From the sequence record PV245934.1: 64,000 nt of DNA, one strand, 5' to 3'. The number at the start of each line of letters is the position of its first letter. Within the stretch, counting starts at the first letter, position 1. Below are positions 43,803 through 54,360 of the stretch, piece by piece. Position numbers and translations under genes: made by a program. The notes under the pieces are model-generated. The model was not told the origin of the DNA and did no database searches. It saw nothing but the letters and a program-made list of their open reading frames with translations. Source of the DNA: Escherichia phage sutha.

Positions 43803-43803
<1 letters not shown>
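43255..43803 (-). CDS. td: thymidylate synthase exon 1
   Basis: 183 codons from ATG at 43803 (MKQYQFLIKDILENGYETDDRTGTGTIALFG...[30 protein letters not shown]); the track ORF begins at an upstream TTG. Confidence 0.93.
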
Positions 43804-44835
<1,032 letters not shown>

Positions 44836-44845
44836 ATTATTTTCC

Positions 44846-45088
44846 TTAAACAGACTTTTTCACAATTTTCCAATCAGCTTTAAACTGTTCAACGTCAGAA
44901 TGGTAAATCCAGAATCCTGCGCTTTCTCCATCCTCATAAAGAGGGCATCCATCACATTCATCTTCCCATCCCATATCACGTAAAAGATGTTCAGCTTTTT
45001 CAACAAGTTCAGAATCTTTACCGATGATATTAAAATACCATTTACCTCTAACTTCTGAATCTTTGATGCTCTGGCGTTGTAATCTCAT
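44846..45088 (-). CDS. hypothetical protein (frd.2 position)
   Basis: 80 aa ORF. Confidence 0.6.
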   Translation of the reverse strand: MRLQRQSIKDSEVRGKWYFNIIGKDSELVEKAEHLLRDMGWEDECDGCPLYEDGESAGFWIYHSDVEQFKADWKIVKKSV

Positions 45089-45197
45089 TTTATTCTCCTT
45101 AGCAAGCTTTAATCAAAAGGTATAAACAAACTAACATAACTGCTGCCATAATATAAGGTGCGAACATTTTCTTTTCTCCATTAGTTTTGATAGGGTA

Positions 45198-45227
45198 ATA
45201 GTATCACACTACTACCCTGCTGTAAAC
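45198..45227 (-). promoter_or_regulatory. early promoter (GTTTAC -35)
   Basis: Minus GTTTAC-AGCAGGGTAGTAGTGTGA-TACTAT upstream of the 80-aa ORF. Confidence 0.5.
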
Positions 45228-45613
45228 TACTTTTTGAAAGTTTTTCGCAAAAGTTCAATGATTTCATCTACATTGTTTTCGTCTACAATGCAGTGAATTT
45301 TTGTTACGCCAGAAACTGGATCTTCAACTCCAGCTTCATCTTCTTCAAGAGTCGGTTCTTTATACTCGCGAAAACAGTAAAATTCATCTTCACAAATTTC
45401 TGCAAGTCTATCACAAAGGTAAAAATGCTTTCCATTCGCGCATTTAATATGTTTTACCTCTTTAAATCCATCAGCAAAGAAAACTTCTTTAACTTCAAAC
45501 CATCCGCCATTTTCTTGGATAATTTTAACTATTGATGCATTGGATCGTGGGCTATGACTAATAAATGCGTCAATAAGGCTTGGAATAAGTTCATACTTTT
45601 CGCCGATATACAT
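45227..45613 (-). CDS. hypothetical protein (frd.3 position)
   Basis: 128 aa ORF. Confidence 0.6.
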   Translation of the reverse strand: MYIGEKYELIPSLIDAFISHSPRSNASIVKIIQENGGWFEVKEVFFADGFKEVKHIKCANGKHFYLCDRLAEICEDEFYCFREYKEPTLEEDEAGVEDPVSGVTKIHCIVDENNVDEIIELLRKTFKK

Positions 45614-45655
45614 TACGTTTTCCTCATTTTAATGTGGCTTGATGCCCCTTGATAA

Positions 45656-45886
45656 TTACTGTTCAATCAATCCCATGTAAAATTCTGCGTCTTCAGAATC
45701 CATACCATCGCAGTATTCATTAGCCATAAATCGTTCAAGAACTTCTAAAGGACCTTCAATAACAATAGAAAAATTGCAATAATTGGGATCATCATGAATA
45801 CTTGTGATACTAAGTTCAGGATAACGATTACGAATAATTTCTTCAATATATTCAAAATCAACGGTGTCAATATCAACTTTAGCCAT
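45656..45886 (-). CDS. hypothetical small acidic protein
   Basis: 76 aa from [17 protein letters not shown]... with AGAGGA Shine-Dalgarno; the longer track ORF would include its own promoter. Confidence 0.55.
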   Translation of the reverse strand: MAKVDIDTVDFEYIEEIIRNRYPELSITSIHDDPNYCNFSIVIEGPLEVLERFMANEYCDGMDSEDAEFYMGLIEQ

Positions 45887-45929
45887 ATTATTTTCCTCTT
45901 TAATCATCAGCAGTATTGCCGATAGTTGT

Positions 45930-45959
45930 ATAGTACCATGGAAGGACAAGGATGTAAAC
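45930..45959 (-). promoter_or_regulatory. early promoter (GTTTAC -35) within repeated cassette
   Basis: Minus GGTTTAC-18 bp-TACTAT; cassette shared with 62249-62338. Confidence 0.6.
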
Positions 45960-45990
45960 CGTTTTGTGAAAAAAATTTTGAAATAAAAAA

Positions 45991-46008
45991 GGGACCTCTA
46001 GGGTCCCC
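45991..46008. terminator. terminator GGGGACCC-ta-GGGTCCC after gene 32
   Basis: Near-perfect palindrome flanked by A-run and T-run, directly downstream of gene 32 stop. Confidence 0.7.
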
Positions 46009-46030
46009 AATTAATTAGTAATATAATCTA

Positions 46031-46939
46031 TTAAAGGTCATTCAAAAGGTCATCCAAGTCCGTGTCATCAGCACTAGATGAACTGCCGGAGCTTGAGCTC
46101 ATAAAATCATCTTCAGTTTTTGTATTGAAGTCATCAACATTGAATGCATCCAAATCATCAGCAACTTTATCGGCTTTCTTAGCAGCAGTTGCAGCGGCAC
46201 CACCCATCACAGCAGTTCCCATAACTTGACTGAACTTAGTGCTCAGTTCTTCAAACGATTTGAACTTATCTTTAGAAGTCATTTCAGAAAGGTCAACCAT
46301 TTGTTCGAACAGTTCTTTCTGGAAAGATTCATCATCAATGTTTGGAATCGCAGATTGATTCAGGAATTTAGATTCATCGTAGTTACTAAAACCAGAAACT
46401 TGTTTAACTTTCAGTACAAAGTTAGCACCTTCCCACGGACAAGTTACATCAACTGGAGTTTCACCCATTTCAACATCAACCGCAATCATTGCATTGATTT
46501 TGTCCCAAATCTTTTTACCAAAACGGTATTTGAATACTTTACCTTCGTTTTCTGGAGCTTGTGGGTCTTTAACAACCAGGATATTAGCCCAATAAGAAGT
46601 TTTACGTTTCAGTTGAGAATATTCGGTTTTGTTTGTATTGTACAGGTCATTTTTACTAATGTACTGACACACCGGACAAGAGTCATAATCGCCGTGTGTA
46701 GATGAACAAGTTTCAATATACCATTTGCCATTTTTCTTGAACCCATGGTTAACAAGAATTGCAAACGGAAGTGCGTCATCTGTTTTTGCCGGCAGGAAAC
46801 GAATTACTGCTTGACCGTTACCCGCATTGTCGAGTTTCAGTTTCCACTCGCCTTTATCTTCAGAAGAAAAACCACCTTTATTGCCATTCAGTTTAGCCAT
46901 TTGTGCAGCGAGTTCAGCAGTAGATTTACGTTTAAACAT
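46031..46939 (-). CDS. 32: single-stranded DNA-binding protein gp32
   Basis: 302 aa; [22 protein letters not shown]...; zinc site [15 protein letters not shown]; acidic C-terminus [16 protein letters not shown]; matches T4 gp32 by recall. Confidence 0.97.
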   Translation of the reverse strand: MFKRKSTAELAAQMAKLNGNKGGFSSEDKGEWKLKLDNAGNGQAVIRFLPAKTDDALPFAILVNHGFKKNGKWYIETCSSTHGDYDSCPVCQYISKNDLYNTNKTEYSQLKRKTSYWANILVVKDPQAPENEGKVFKYRFGKKIWDKINAMIAVDVEMGETPVDVTCPWEGANFVLKVKQVSGFSNYDESKFLNQSAIPNIDDESFQKELFEQMVDLSEMTSKDKFKSFEELSTKFSQVMGTAVMGGAAATAAKKADKVADDLDAFNVDDFNTKTEDDFMSSSSGSSSSADDTDLDDLLNDL

Positions 46940-47002
46940 TTTTATTTCCTTTTTAATTTAATTAACAGTTGGTGCTATGACGATGTATGACCTCATAGCT
47001 GG
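46940..47002 (-). promoter_or_regulatory. gene 32 translational operator: A/U-rich leader plus pseudoknot-forming GCUAUGA...UCAUAGC element
   Basis: Minus-strand 5' [66 protein letters not shown] read directly; matches my recollection of the T4 gene 32 autoregulatory operator. Confidence 0.65.
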
Positions 47003-47022
47003 TCAGTGAGATAATTATAATC

Positions 47023-47030
47023 TATTTATA
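47023..47030 (-). promoter_or_regulatory. late promoter TATAAATA upstream of gene 32
   Basis: Plus tatttata is minus TATAAATA, ~85 bp upstream of gene 32 ATG. Confidence 0.55.
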
Positions 47031-47038
47031 ATAAGCAA

Positions 47039-47692
47039 TTAATACTTACAAGATTTCACAGTTTCAATGAAAACACTTTTAGCTTTCTGTGAATCAATAT
47101 TTAAAATTTTTCTATAAGCCTTTAACTTTATAGAATAATTATTCCAGACTAAATTATCAGTTTGTTCATCATGTTTATCAATTATATTTAAAAACGAATC
47201 AAGCAAGATAAACGTTTCAAACGAAATTATGTTCGATTGCAGAAGTTTAAAAATATAACTTGATTGAACTTTTGGATTATACTCAAAGATTTCTTTAAAA
47301 GCAGAAACTTCAACTTTCTTACTAAAATAATAAATGTTGCGAATATCTTCTTCAAACTTAAATTTAATTTGCTTTAAGCGTCCGATATATTCACGATAAA
47401 ACACAAGTGCATCAGCGTCCGATATCTCACCAATCCATGCGTCTTGGTTAGCAACTAAGTTGCTTATGAATATCAAGGTGAGTTCCTTCAATTTATATTT
47501 CTCTGCTAGTTTTTCAAAGAAATATTTATCTCGGCGTTTTTGATACGCATTATCCGAAACACGCATGCACCAGTTATATTTGATTACGTCATACCGACCA
47601 CCAAAATGGTTTTTGCACATCAAGTATAGTTTATATACCGATTTTCCGTTAATATAACGTTCTCCATCAGCAGGCATGCGGAGTTTAATCAT
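47039..47692 (-). CDS. 59: helicase loader gp59
   Basis: 217 aa; MIKLRMPADGERYINGKSVYKLYLMCKNHFGG...; T4 gp59 size and position. Confidence 0.93.
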   Translation of the reverse strand: MIKLRMPADGERYINGKSVYKLYLMCKNHFGGRYDVIKYNWCMRVSDNAYQKRRDKYFFEKLAEKYKLKELTLIFISNLVANQDAWIGEISDADALVFYREYIGRLKQIKFKFEEDIRNIYYFSKKVEVSAFKEIFEYNPKVQSSYIFKLLQSNIISFETFILLDSFLNIIDKHDEQTDNLVWNNYSIKLKAYRKILNIDSQKAKSVFIETVKSCKY

Positions 47693-48027
47693 AGTAGAAA
47701 ATCTAATGTATTAGTTTTTTCACAACGAACAACAGAAGGACGTAAAAGATTTTCGTCAATGGCTTCTGACTGAATTTTTTCAATTATACCTGAAGGAATA
47801 AATTTAGCAAATTGAGTTTCAGGAATAGAGTTTTCTTCCAAGAATGCTGTCGTAGCTTCAAGATAACTCATTCCAAACTCTTCTACCATTTTTTCAATAA
47901 TAAATCCGTTTTCTTGACGATCAAGAAGCTTTGCAATTTCATCCTTTTCTTTCTTAATTGAAAGTTCTTTTTCTGAAAGACCGGTCTCATCGACCGGACG
48001 AATATCATTTAGAGAAAACTGTGTCAT
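47689..48027 (-). CDS. 33: late transcription co-activator gp33
   Basis: 112 aa from MTQFSLNDIRPVDETGLSEKEL...; ATGA overlap with gene 59. Confidence 0.88.
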   Translation of the reverse strand: MTQFSLNDIRPVDETGLSEKELSIKKEKDEIAKLLDRQENGFIIEKMVEEFGMSYLEATTAFLEENSIPETQFAKFIPSGIIEKIQSEAIDENLLRPSVVRCEKTNTLDFLL

Positions 48028-48274
48028 AAAGTTCAACTACCTCTTCAGTTTCAGCTTCAAACACATCACGGTTATCTTTATGATACAAAGCTAACAGACG
48101 ATTAAACATCTTGCCATCAACACCAAGTTCATCTTTGGCACGAATTCGAATATCTTTAATCAATTCATTATAACCGGAAATTTTCAGTTTATGATCAGAT
48201 GCTTCTTTAATAAATTTAGCCAAGTCTTCGCCATGGATAGCTTCATCAAATTCAACCATTTCTTTTTTAGCCAT
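48005..48274 (-). CDS. dsbA: double-stranded DNA-binding protein DsbA
   Basis: 89 aa, overlaps gene 33 start, position as T4 dsbA. Confidence 0.8.
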   Translation of the reverse strand: MAKKEMVEFDEAIHGEDLAKFIKEASDHKLKISGYNELIKDIRIRAKDELGVDGKMFNRLLALYHKDNRDVFEAETEEVVELYDTVFSK

Positions 48275-48282
48275 TATTCACC

Positions 48283-49200
48283 TCAAAATTCATTAATGTT
48301 ATTAGTTAATTTAGAAAGACCCGCTTTTACAAAATATGAATAAATTTTGCCACGCGGTGGTAATTTATATGAATTATAGTAATTCACAATGTTTGAAGCA
48401 ATATTATCAGGAATATAATCAAAATCAATTAGAACTAAATTTTCTTTATATCGATTATATTCAGATTCAGTGAGAAGCACCTTAGCTTGCTCACGGTCAT
48501 TAGCAATAGCTTCAACGATTGAAGTTTTCATTGAAGGAGTTCGTTCACCTTCAACTCTAGTAAACCAAAAGTCAGATCGTACTTTAACTGAAGCAACGTT
48601 ATCCTTTTTGTCACCTTTAAGGATTTTAGTCATACAGTCAATTTCAGCAGAACCGCTTTTAATTTTAACCCATTTCTTGTGCATCGGTGACCATTGCTTA
48701 ACATTTGGGTATTTGTGAAGTTGAGTAAAGTCACCATCCGACGAAATGATTAAAATCTTATGTCCTTCTAAAGAGAACTTTTTAACCAAAACAGCAATAT
48801 GGTCATCTGCTTCATACTTATCAATATCCATAACGATGTATGGCATATAAGCTTTCAATTCATCTATAACTTTATGACTGGATTCAAAATAACCTTCCCA
48901 GTCCCAAGTAGATTCTTCTCGTGCTTTTCCACGGTTTTTCTTATAATAATAAGCAAAATCACGACGCCAGTATCCAGATTTCGCGTTATCAATACACAAT
49001 ACAATTTTAGTGTATCCAAGAGTTTTTGCTTTTTTGACATTAAACTTAATTGAGTTCAATATCAAATGACGAACCATTGATAAATTAATTTTTTCTTTAT
49101 CTGGGAAGTTTACCAAAGCAGTTGAAAGCGCAATTTGACTAAAGTCAATTAAGCAGATTCCTTCTTTGTAATCTTCATCCAGCATCATTTCTAAATCCAT
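48283..49200 (-). CDS. rnh: RNase H (5'-3' exonuclease, FEN family)
   Basis: 305 aa from MDLEMMLDEDYKEGICLIDFSQIALS... matching T4 RNase H by recall. Confidence 0.93.
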   Translation of the reverse strand: MDLEMMLDEDYKEGICLIDFSQIALSTALVNFPDKEKINLSMVRHLILNSIKFNVKKAKTLGYTKIVLCIDNAKSGYWRRDFAYYYKKNRGKAREESTWDWEGYFESSHKVIDELKAYMPYIVMDIDKYEADDHIAVLVKKFSLEGHKILIISSDGDFTQLHKYPNVKQWSPMHKKWVKIKSGSAEIDCMTKILKGDKKDNVASVKVRSDFWFTRVEGERTPSMKTSIVEAIANDREQAKVLLTESEYNRYKENLVLIDFDYIPDNIASNIVNYYNSYKLPPRGKIYSYFVKAGLSKLTNNINEF

Positions 49201-49262
49201 ATGAACCTCGTTCAATTAGTGAGATTTCTATTATATACCATCCGAATCTTAAAGTAAACAAG

Positions 49263-49270
49263 TATAAATA
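49263..49270 (+). promoter_or_regulatory. late promoter TATAAATA (gene 34)
   Basis: Exact TATAAATA 35 bp upstream of gene 34 ATG. Confidence 0.7.
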
Positions 49271-49304
49271 CTTATTATTGAAAACACAATAGGAGCCCGG
49301 GAGA

Positions 49305-52300
49305 ATGGCCGAGATTAAAAGAAAGTTCAGAGCAGAAGACGGTCTGGACGCAGGTGGCGATAAAATAATCAACGTAGCTTTAGCTGATCGTACCGTAGGA
49401 ACTGACGGTGTTAACGTTGATTACCTAATTCAAGAAAACACAGTTCAACAATACGATCCAACTCGTGGATATTTAAAAGATTTTGTAATCATTTATGATA
49501 ACCGCTTTTGGGCTGCTATAAATGATATTCCAAAACCGGCAGGAGCTTTTAATAGTGGACGCTGGAGAGCATTACGTACAGATGCTAACTGGATTACAGT
49601 CTCATCTGGTTCATATCAATTAAAATCTGGTGAAGCTATTTCGGTTAACACTGCAGCTGGTAATGATATTACATTTACTTTGCCATCTACCCCAATTGAT
49701 GGTGATACTATCGTTCTCCAAGACATTGGAGGAAAACCTGGGGTTAACCAAGTTTTAATTGCAGCTTCAGTACAAAGTATTGTAAACTTTAGAGGTGAAC
49801 AAGTACGTTCAGTACTAATGACTCATCCAAAGTCGCAGTTAGTTTTAATTTTTAGTAATCGTCTGTGGCAAATGTATGTAGCTGATTATAGTAGAGAAGC
49901 TGTAGTTGTAACACCAGCGAATACTTATCAAGCGCAATCCAACGATTTTATCGTACGTAGATTTACTTCTGCTGCACCAATTAATGTTAAACTTCCAAGA
50001 TTTGCTAATCATGGCGATATTATTAATTTCGTCGATTTAGATAAACTAAATCCGCTTTATCATACAATTGTTACTACATACGATGAAACGACTTCAATAC
50101 AAGAAGTTGGAACTCATTCCATTGAAGGCCGTACAACGATTGACGGTTTCTTGATGTTTGATGATAATGAGAAATTGTGGAGATTGTTTGACGGGGATAG
50201 TAAAGCGCGTTTACGCATTATAACGACTAATTCTAATATTCGTCCAAATGAAGAAGTTATGGTATTTGGTGCGAATAACGGAACAGCTCAGACAATTGAA
50301 CTTCAGCTTCCGACTGATATTTCTGTTGGTGATACTGTCAAAATTTCCATGAATTACATGCGAAAAGGACAAACAGTTAAAATCAAAGCTGCCGGTGAAG
50401 ATAAAATTGCTTCTTCAGTTCAATTGCTGCAATTCCCAAAACGTTCAGAATATCCGCCTGAAGCTGAATGGGTAACTGTTCAAGAATTAGTTTTTAACGG
50501 TGAAACTAATTATGTTCCAGTTTTACAACTTGCTTATATAGAAGATTCTGACGGAAAATACTGGGTTGTACAACAAAACGTTCCAACCGTAGAAAGAGTT
50601 GATTCTTTGAATGATTCTACTAGAGCAAGATTAGGCGTGATTGCTTTAGCTACACAAGCGCAAGCTAATGTCGATTTAGAAAATTCTCCACAAAAAGAAT
50701 TAGCAATTACTCCAGAAACATTAGCTAACCGTACTGCTACAGAAACTCGTAGAGGTATCGCAAGAATAGCAACTACTGCTCAAGTGAATCAGAACACTAC
50801 ATTCTCTTTTGCTGACGATATTATCATCACTCCTAAAAAGCTGAATGAAAGAACTGCTACAGAAACTCGCAGAGGTGTTGCTGAAATTGCGACACAGCAA
50901 GAAACTAATGCAGGTACTGATGATACTACAATCATCACTCCTAAAAAGCTTCAAGCTCGTCAAGGTTCTGAATCATTATCTGGTATCGTAACCTTTGTAT
51001 CTACCGCAGGAGCTACTCCAGCTTCTAGCCGTGAATTAAATGGTACAAATGTTTACAATAAAAACACTAATAATTTAGTCGTTTCGCCTAAAGCTCTGGA
51101 TCAGTATAAAGCTACTCCAACACAGCAAGGTGCAGTAATTTTAGCAGTTGAAAGTGAAGTAATTGCTGGACAAAGCCAAGAAGGATGGGCAAATGCGGTT
51201 GTAACACCAGAAACGTTACATAAAAAGACATCAACTGATGGAAGAATTGGTTTAATTGAAATTGCTACGCAAAGTGAAGTTAATACAGGAACTGATTATA
51301 CTCGTGCAGTCACTCCTAAAACTTTAAATGACCGTATAGCAACTGAAAGTTTAAGTGGTATAGCTGAAATTGCTGCACAAGTTGAATTCGACGCAGGCGT
51401 CGACGATACTCGTATCTCTACACCATTAAAAATTAAAACTAGATTTAATAGTACTGATCGTACTTCTGTTGTTGCTCTATCTGGATTAGTTGAATCAGGA
51501 ACTCTCTGGGACCATTATACCCTTAATATTCTTGAAGCAAATGAGACACAGCGTGGTACACTTCGTGTGGCTACACAAGTTGAAGCTGCTGCAGGAACAT
51601 TAGATAATGTTTTAATAACTCCTAAAAAGCTTTTAGGTACTAAATCTACTGAAGCACAGGAAGGTGTTATTAAAGTTGCAACTCAGTCTGAAACTGTGAC
51701 TGGAACGTCAGCAAATACTGCTGTATCTCCAAAAAATTTAAAATGGATTGTGCAGAGTGAACCTACTTGGGCAGCTACTACTGCGATAAGAGGCTTTGTT
51801 AAAACTTCATCTGGTTCAATTACATTCGTTGGTAATGATACAGTTGGTTCAACGCAGTCGTTAGAATTATACGAGAAAAATAGCTATGCAGTATCACCGT
51901 ATGAATTAAACCGTGTATTAGCAAATTATTTGCCATTAAAAGCAAAAGCTGCTGACGCAAATTTATTAGATGGCCTAGATTCATCTCAGTTCATTCGTAG
52001 GGACATTGCACAGACGGTTAATGGTTCACTAACCTTAACCCAACAAACGAATCTGAGTGCCCCTCTTGTATCATCTAGTACTGCTACGTTTGGTGGTTCA
52101 GTTTCGGTAAATAGTACATTAACTATTTCTAATACTGGAACGGCAACTCGTCTGATTTTTGAAAAAGGACCTCAAACTGGAACTAACCCAGCACAGACAA
52201 TGAGCATCCGTGTATGGGGTAACCAGTATGGTGGCGGTTCAGATACAACACGTTCTACCGTATTTGAAGTTGGTGATGAAACGTCTAATCACTTTTATTC

Positions 52301-53174
52301 TCAACGCAATAAAGCCGGGAATATAACGTTTAGTATCAATGGTACTGTAATGCCAATAAATGTTAATGCTTCAGGTTCTTTGAACGCGAACGGCGTTGCA
52401 ACATTTGGTAGTTCAGTTACTGCTAATGGTGAATTCATCAGCAAGTCTGCAAATGCTTTCAGAGCAATAAATGGAAATTACGGATTCTTTATTCGTAATG
52501 CTGGTAATGACACCTATTTTATGCTCACTGCAGCCGGTGATCAGAGCGGTGGATATAATGGATTACGTCCATTATCAATTAATAATCAATCCGGTCAGGT
52601 TACAATTGGTGAAAGCTTAATTATTGCTAAAGGTGTTACTATAAATTCAGGTGGTTTAACTGTTAACTCGAGAATTCGTTCTCAGGGTACTAAAACCGCT
52701 GATTTATACACCCGTGCACCGACATCTGATACTGTAGGATTCTGGTCAATTGACATTAATGATTCGGCCACTTATAACCAGTTCCCAGGTTATTTTAAAA
52801 TGGTTGAAAAAACTAATGAAGTGACTGGACTTCCATACTTAGAACGTGGCGAAGAAGTTAAATCTCCTGGTACTTTGACTCAGTTTGGTAACACACTTGA
52901 TTCTCTTTACCAAGATTGGATTACTTATCCAACAACTCCAGAAGCACGTACAACCCGTTGGACGCGTACATGGCAGAAAACTAAAAATTCTTGGTCGAGT
53001 TTTGTTCAGGTATTTGATGGAGGTAACCCTCCTCAGCCGTCTGATATCGGTGCTTTGCCATCTGATAATGCTACAATGGGGAATCTTACTATTCGTGATT
53101 TCTTACGAATTGGTAATGTTCGCATTATTCCTGACCCAGTGAATAAATCTGTTAAATTTGAATGGATTGAATAA
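49305..53174 (+). CDS. 34: long tail fibre proximal subunit gp34
   Basis: 1289 aa; internal repeats of ...TETRRG(I/V)A(R/E)IAT...ITPKKL...; same length as T4 gp34. Confidence 0.95.
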   Translation: MAEIKRKFRAEDGLDAGGDKIINVALADRTVGTDGVNVDYLIQENTVQQYDPTRGYLKDFVIIYDNRFWAAINDIPKPAGAFNSGRWRALRTDANWITVSSGSYQLKSGEAISVNTAAGNDITFTLPSTPIDGDTIVLQDIGGKPGVNQVLIAASVQSIVNFRGEQVRSVLMTHPKSQLVLIFSNRLWQMYVADYSREAVVVTPANTYQAQSNDFIVRRFTSAAPINVKLPRFANHGDIINFVDLDKLNPLYHTIVTTYDETTSIQEVGTHSIEGRTTIDGFLMFDDNEKLWRLFDGDSKARLRIITTNSNIRPNEEVMVFGANNGTAQTIELQLPTDISVGDTVKISMNYMRKGQTVKIKAAGEDKIASSVQLLQFPKRSEYPPEAEWVTVQELVFNGETNYVPVLQLAYIEDSDGKYWVVQQNVPTVERVDSLNDSTRARLGVIALATQAQANVDLENSPQKELAITPETLANRTATETRRGIARIATTAQVNQNTTFSFADDIIITPKKLNERTATETRRGVAEIATQQETNAGTDDTTIITPKKLQARQGSESLSGIVTFVSTAGATPASSRELNGTNVYNKNTNNLVVSPKALDQYKATPTQQGAVILAVESEVIAGQSQEGWANAVVTPETLHKKTSTDGRIGLIEIATQSEVNTGTDYTRAVTPKTLNDRIATESLSGIAEIAAQVEFDAGVDDTRISTPLKIKTRFNSTDRTSVVALSGLVESGTLWDHYTLNILEANETQRGTLRVATQVEAAAGTLDNVLITPKKLLGTKSTEAQEGVIKVATQSETVTGTSANTAVSPKNLKWIVQSEPTWAATTAIRGFVKTSSGSITFVGNDTVGSTQSLELYEKNSYAVSPYELNRVLANYLPLKAKAADANLLDGLDSSQFIRRDIAQTVNGSLTLTQQTNLSAPLVSSSTATFGGSVSVNSTLTISNTGTATRLIFEKGPQTGTNPAQTMSIRVWGNQYGGGSDTTRSTVFEVGDETSNHFYSQRNKAGNITFSINGTVMPINVNASGSLNANGVATFGSSVTANGEFISKSANAFRAINGNYGFFIRNAGNDTYFMLTAAGDQSGGYNGLRPLSINNQSGQVTIGESLIIAKGVTINSGGLTVNSRIRSQGTKTADLYTRAPTSDTVGFWSIDINDSATYNQFPGYFKMVEKTNEVTGLPYLERGEEVKSPGTLTQFGNTLDSLYQDWITYPTTPEARTTRWTRTWQKTKNSWSSFVQVFDGGNPPQPSDIGALPSDNATMGNLTIRDFLRIGNVRIIPDPVNKSVKFEWIE

Positions 53175-53182
53175 GAGGTATT

Positions 53183-54298
53183 ATGGAAAAATTTATGGCA
53201 GAGTTTGGACAAGGATATGTCCAAACGCCATTTTTATCGGAAAGTAATTCAGTAAGATACAAAATAAGTATAGCGGGTTCTTGCCCGCTTTCTACTGCAG
53301 GACCATACGTTAAATTTCAAGATAATCCGGTTGGAAGTCAAACATTTAGCGCAGGTCTTCATCTAAGAGTTTTTGACCCTTCTACAGGAGCATTAGTTGA
53401 TAGTAAGTCATATGCTTTTTCGACTTCAAATGATACTACATCAGCTACTTTTGTTAGTTTCATGAATTCTTTGACGAATAATAGACTTGTTGCTATATTA
53501 ACTAGTGGAAAAGTTAATTTTCCTCCTGAAGTAGTATCTTGGCTAAGAACCACAGGAACGTCTGCTTTTCCATCTGATTCTGTATTGTCAAGATTCGACG
53601 TGTCATATGCTGCTTTTTACACTTCTTCTAAAAGAGCTATTGCATTAGAGCATGTTAAATTAAGTAATAGAAAAAGCACAGATGACTATCAAACTATTTT
53701 AGATGTTGTATTTGACAGTTTAGAAGATGTTGGAGCTACCGGATTTCCAAGAAGAACGTATGAAAGCATCGAGCAATTTATGTCAGCGGTTGGCGGAACT
53801 AATAACGAAATTGCGCGTTTGCCAACTTCAGCTGCTATAAGTAAACTCTCTGATTATAATTTAATTCCTGGCGATGTTCTTTATCTCAAAGCACAGTTAT
53901 ATGCTGATGCCGATTTACTTGCGCTTGGAACTACAAATATATCTATCCGTTTTTATAACGCATCGAATGGATATATTTCTTCAACACAAGCTGAGTTTAC
54001 CGGACAAGCTGGGTCTTGGGAATTAAAGGAAGATTATGTAGTTGTTCCAGAAAACGCTGTGGGATTTACGATATATGCACAAAGAACTGCGCAAGCTGGT
54101 CAAGGTGGCATGAGAAATTTAAGCTTTTCTGAAGTGTCAAGAAATGGAGGTATTTCGAAACCTGCTGAATTTGGCGTCAATGGCATTCGTGTTAATTATA
54201 TCTGTGAATCTGCTTCACCTCCGGATATAATGGTACTTCCTACGCAAGCATCGTCTAAAACTGGTAAAGTGTTTGGGCAAGAATTTAGAGAAGTATAA
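53183..54298 (+). CDS. 35: long tail fibre hinge protein gp35
   Basis: 371 aa, position between genes 34 and 36. Confidence 0.9.
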   Translation: MEKFMAEFGQGYVQTPFLSESNSVRYKISIAGSCPLSTAGPYVKFQDNPVGSQTFSAGLHLRVFDPSTGALVDSKSYAFSTSNDTTSATFVSFMNSLTNNRLVAILTSGKVNFPPEVVSWLRTTGTSAFPSDSVLSRFDVSYAAFYTSSKRAIALEHVKLSNRKSTDDYQTILDVVFDSLEDVGATGFPRRTYESIEQFMSAVGGTNNEIARLPTSAAISKLSDYNLIPGDVLYLKAQLYADADLLALGTTNISIRFYNASNGYISSTQAEFTGQAGSWELKEDYVVVPENAVGFTIYAQRTAQAGQGGMRNLSFSEVSRNGGISKPAEFGVNGIRVNYICESASPPDIMVLPTQASSKTGKVFGQEFREV

Positions 54299-54303
54299 AT
54301 TGA

Positions 54304-54321
54304 GGGAGCCTTCGGGCTCCC
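54304..54321 (+). terminator. terminator GGGAGCC-ttcg-GGCTCCC
   Basis: Perfect 7-bp stem, UUCG loop, T-run; after gene 35. Confidence 0.7.
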
Positions 54322-54329
54322 TTTTTCTT

Positions 54330-54337
54330 TATAAATA
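54330..54337 (+). promoter_or_regulatory. late promoter TATAAATA (gene 36)
   Basis: Exact TATAAATA 24 bp upstream of gene 36 ATG. Confidence 0.7.
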
Positions 54338-54360
54338 CTATTAAAATAAAGGGGCATACA

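Noticed and set aside
46226-46990. Plus-strand ORFs (159 and 81 aa) across gene 32 and its leader
   Set aside because: Antisense to gp32 and its operator; no expression signals
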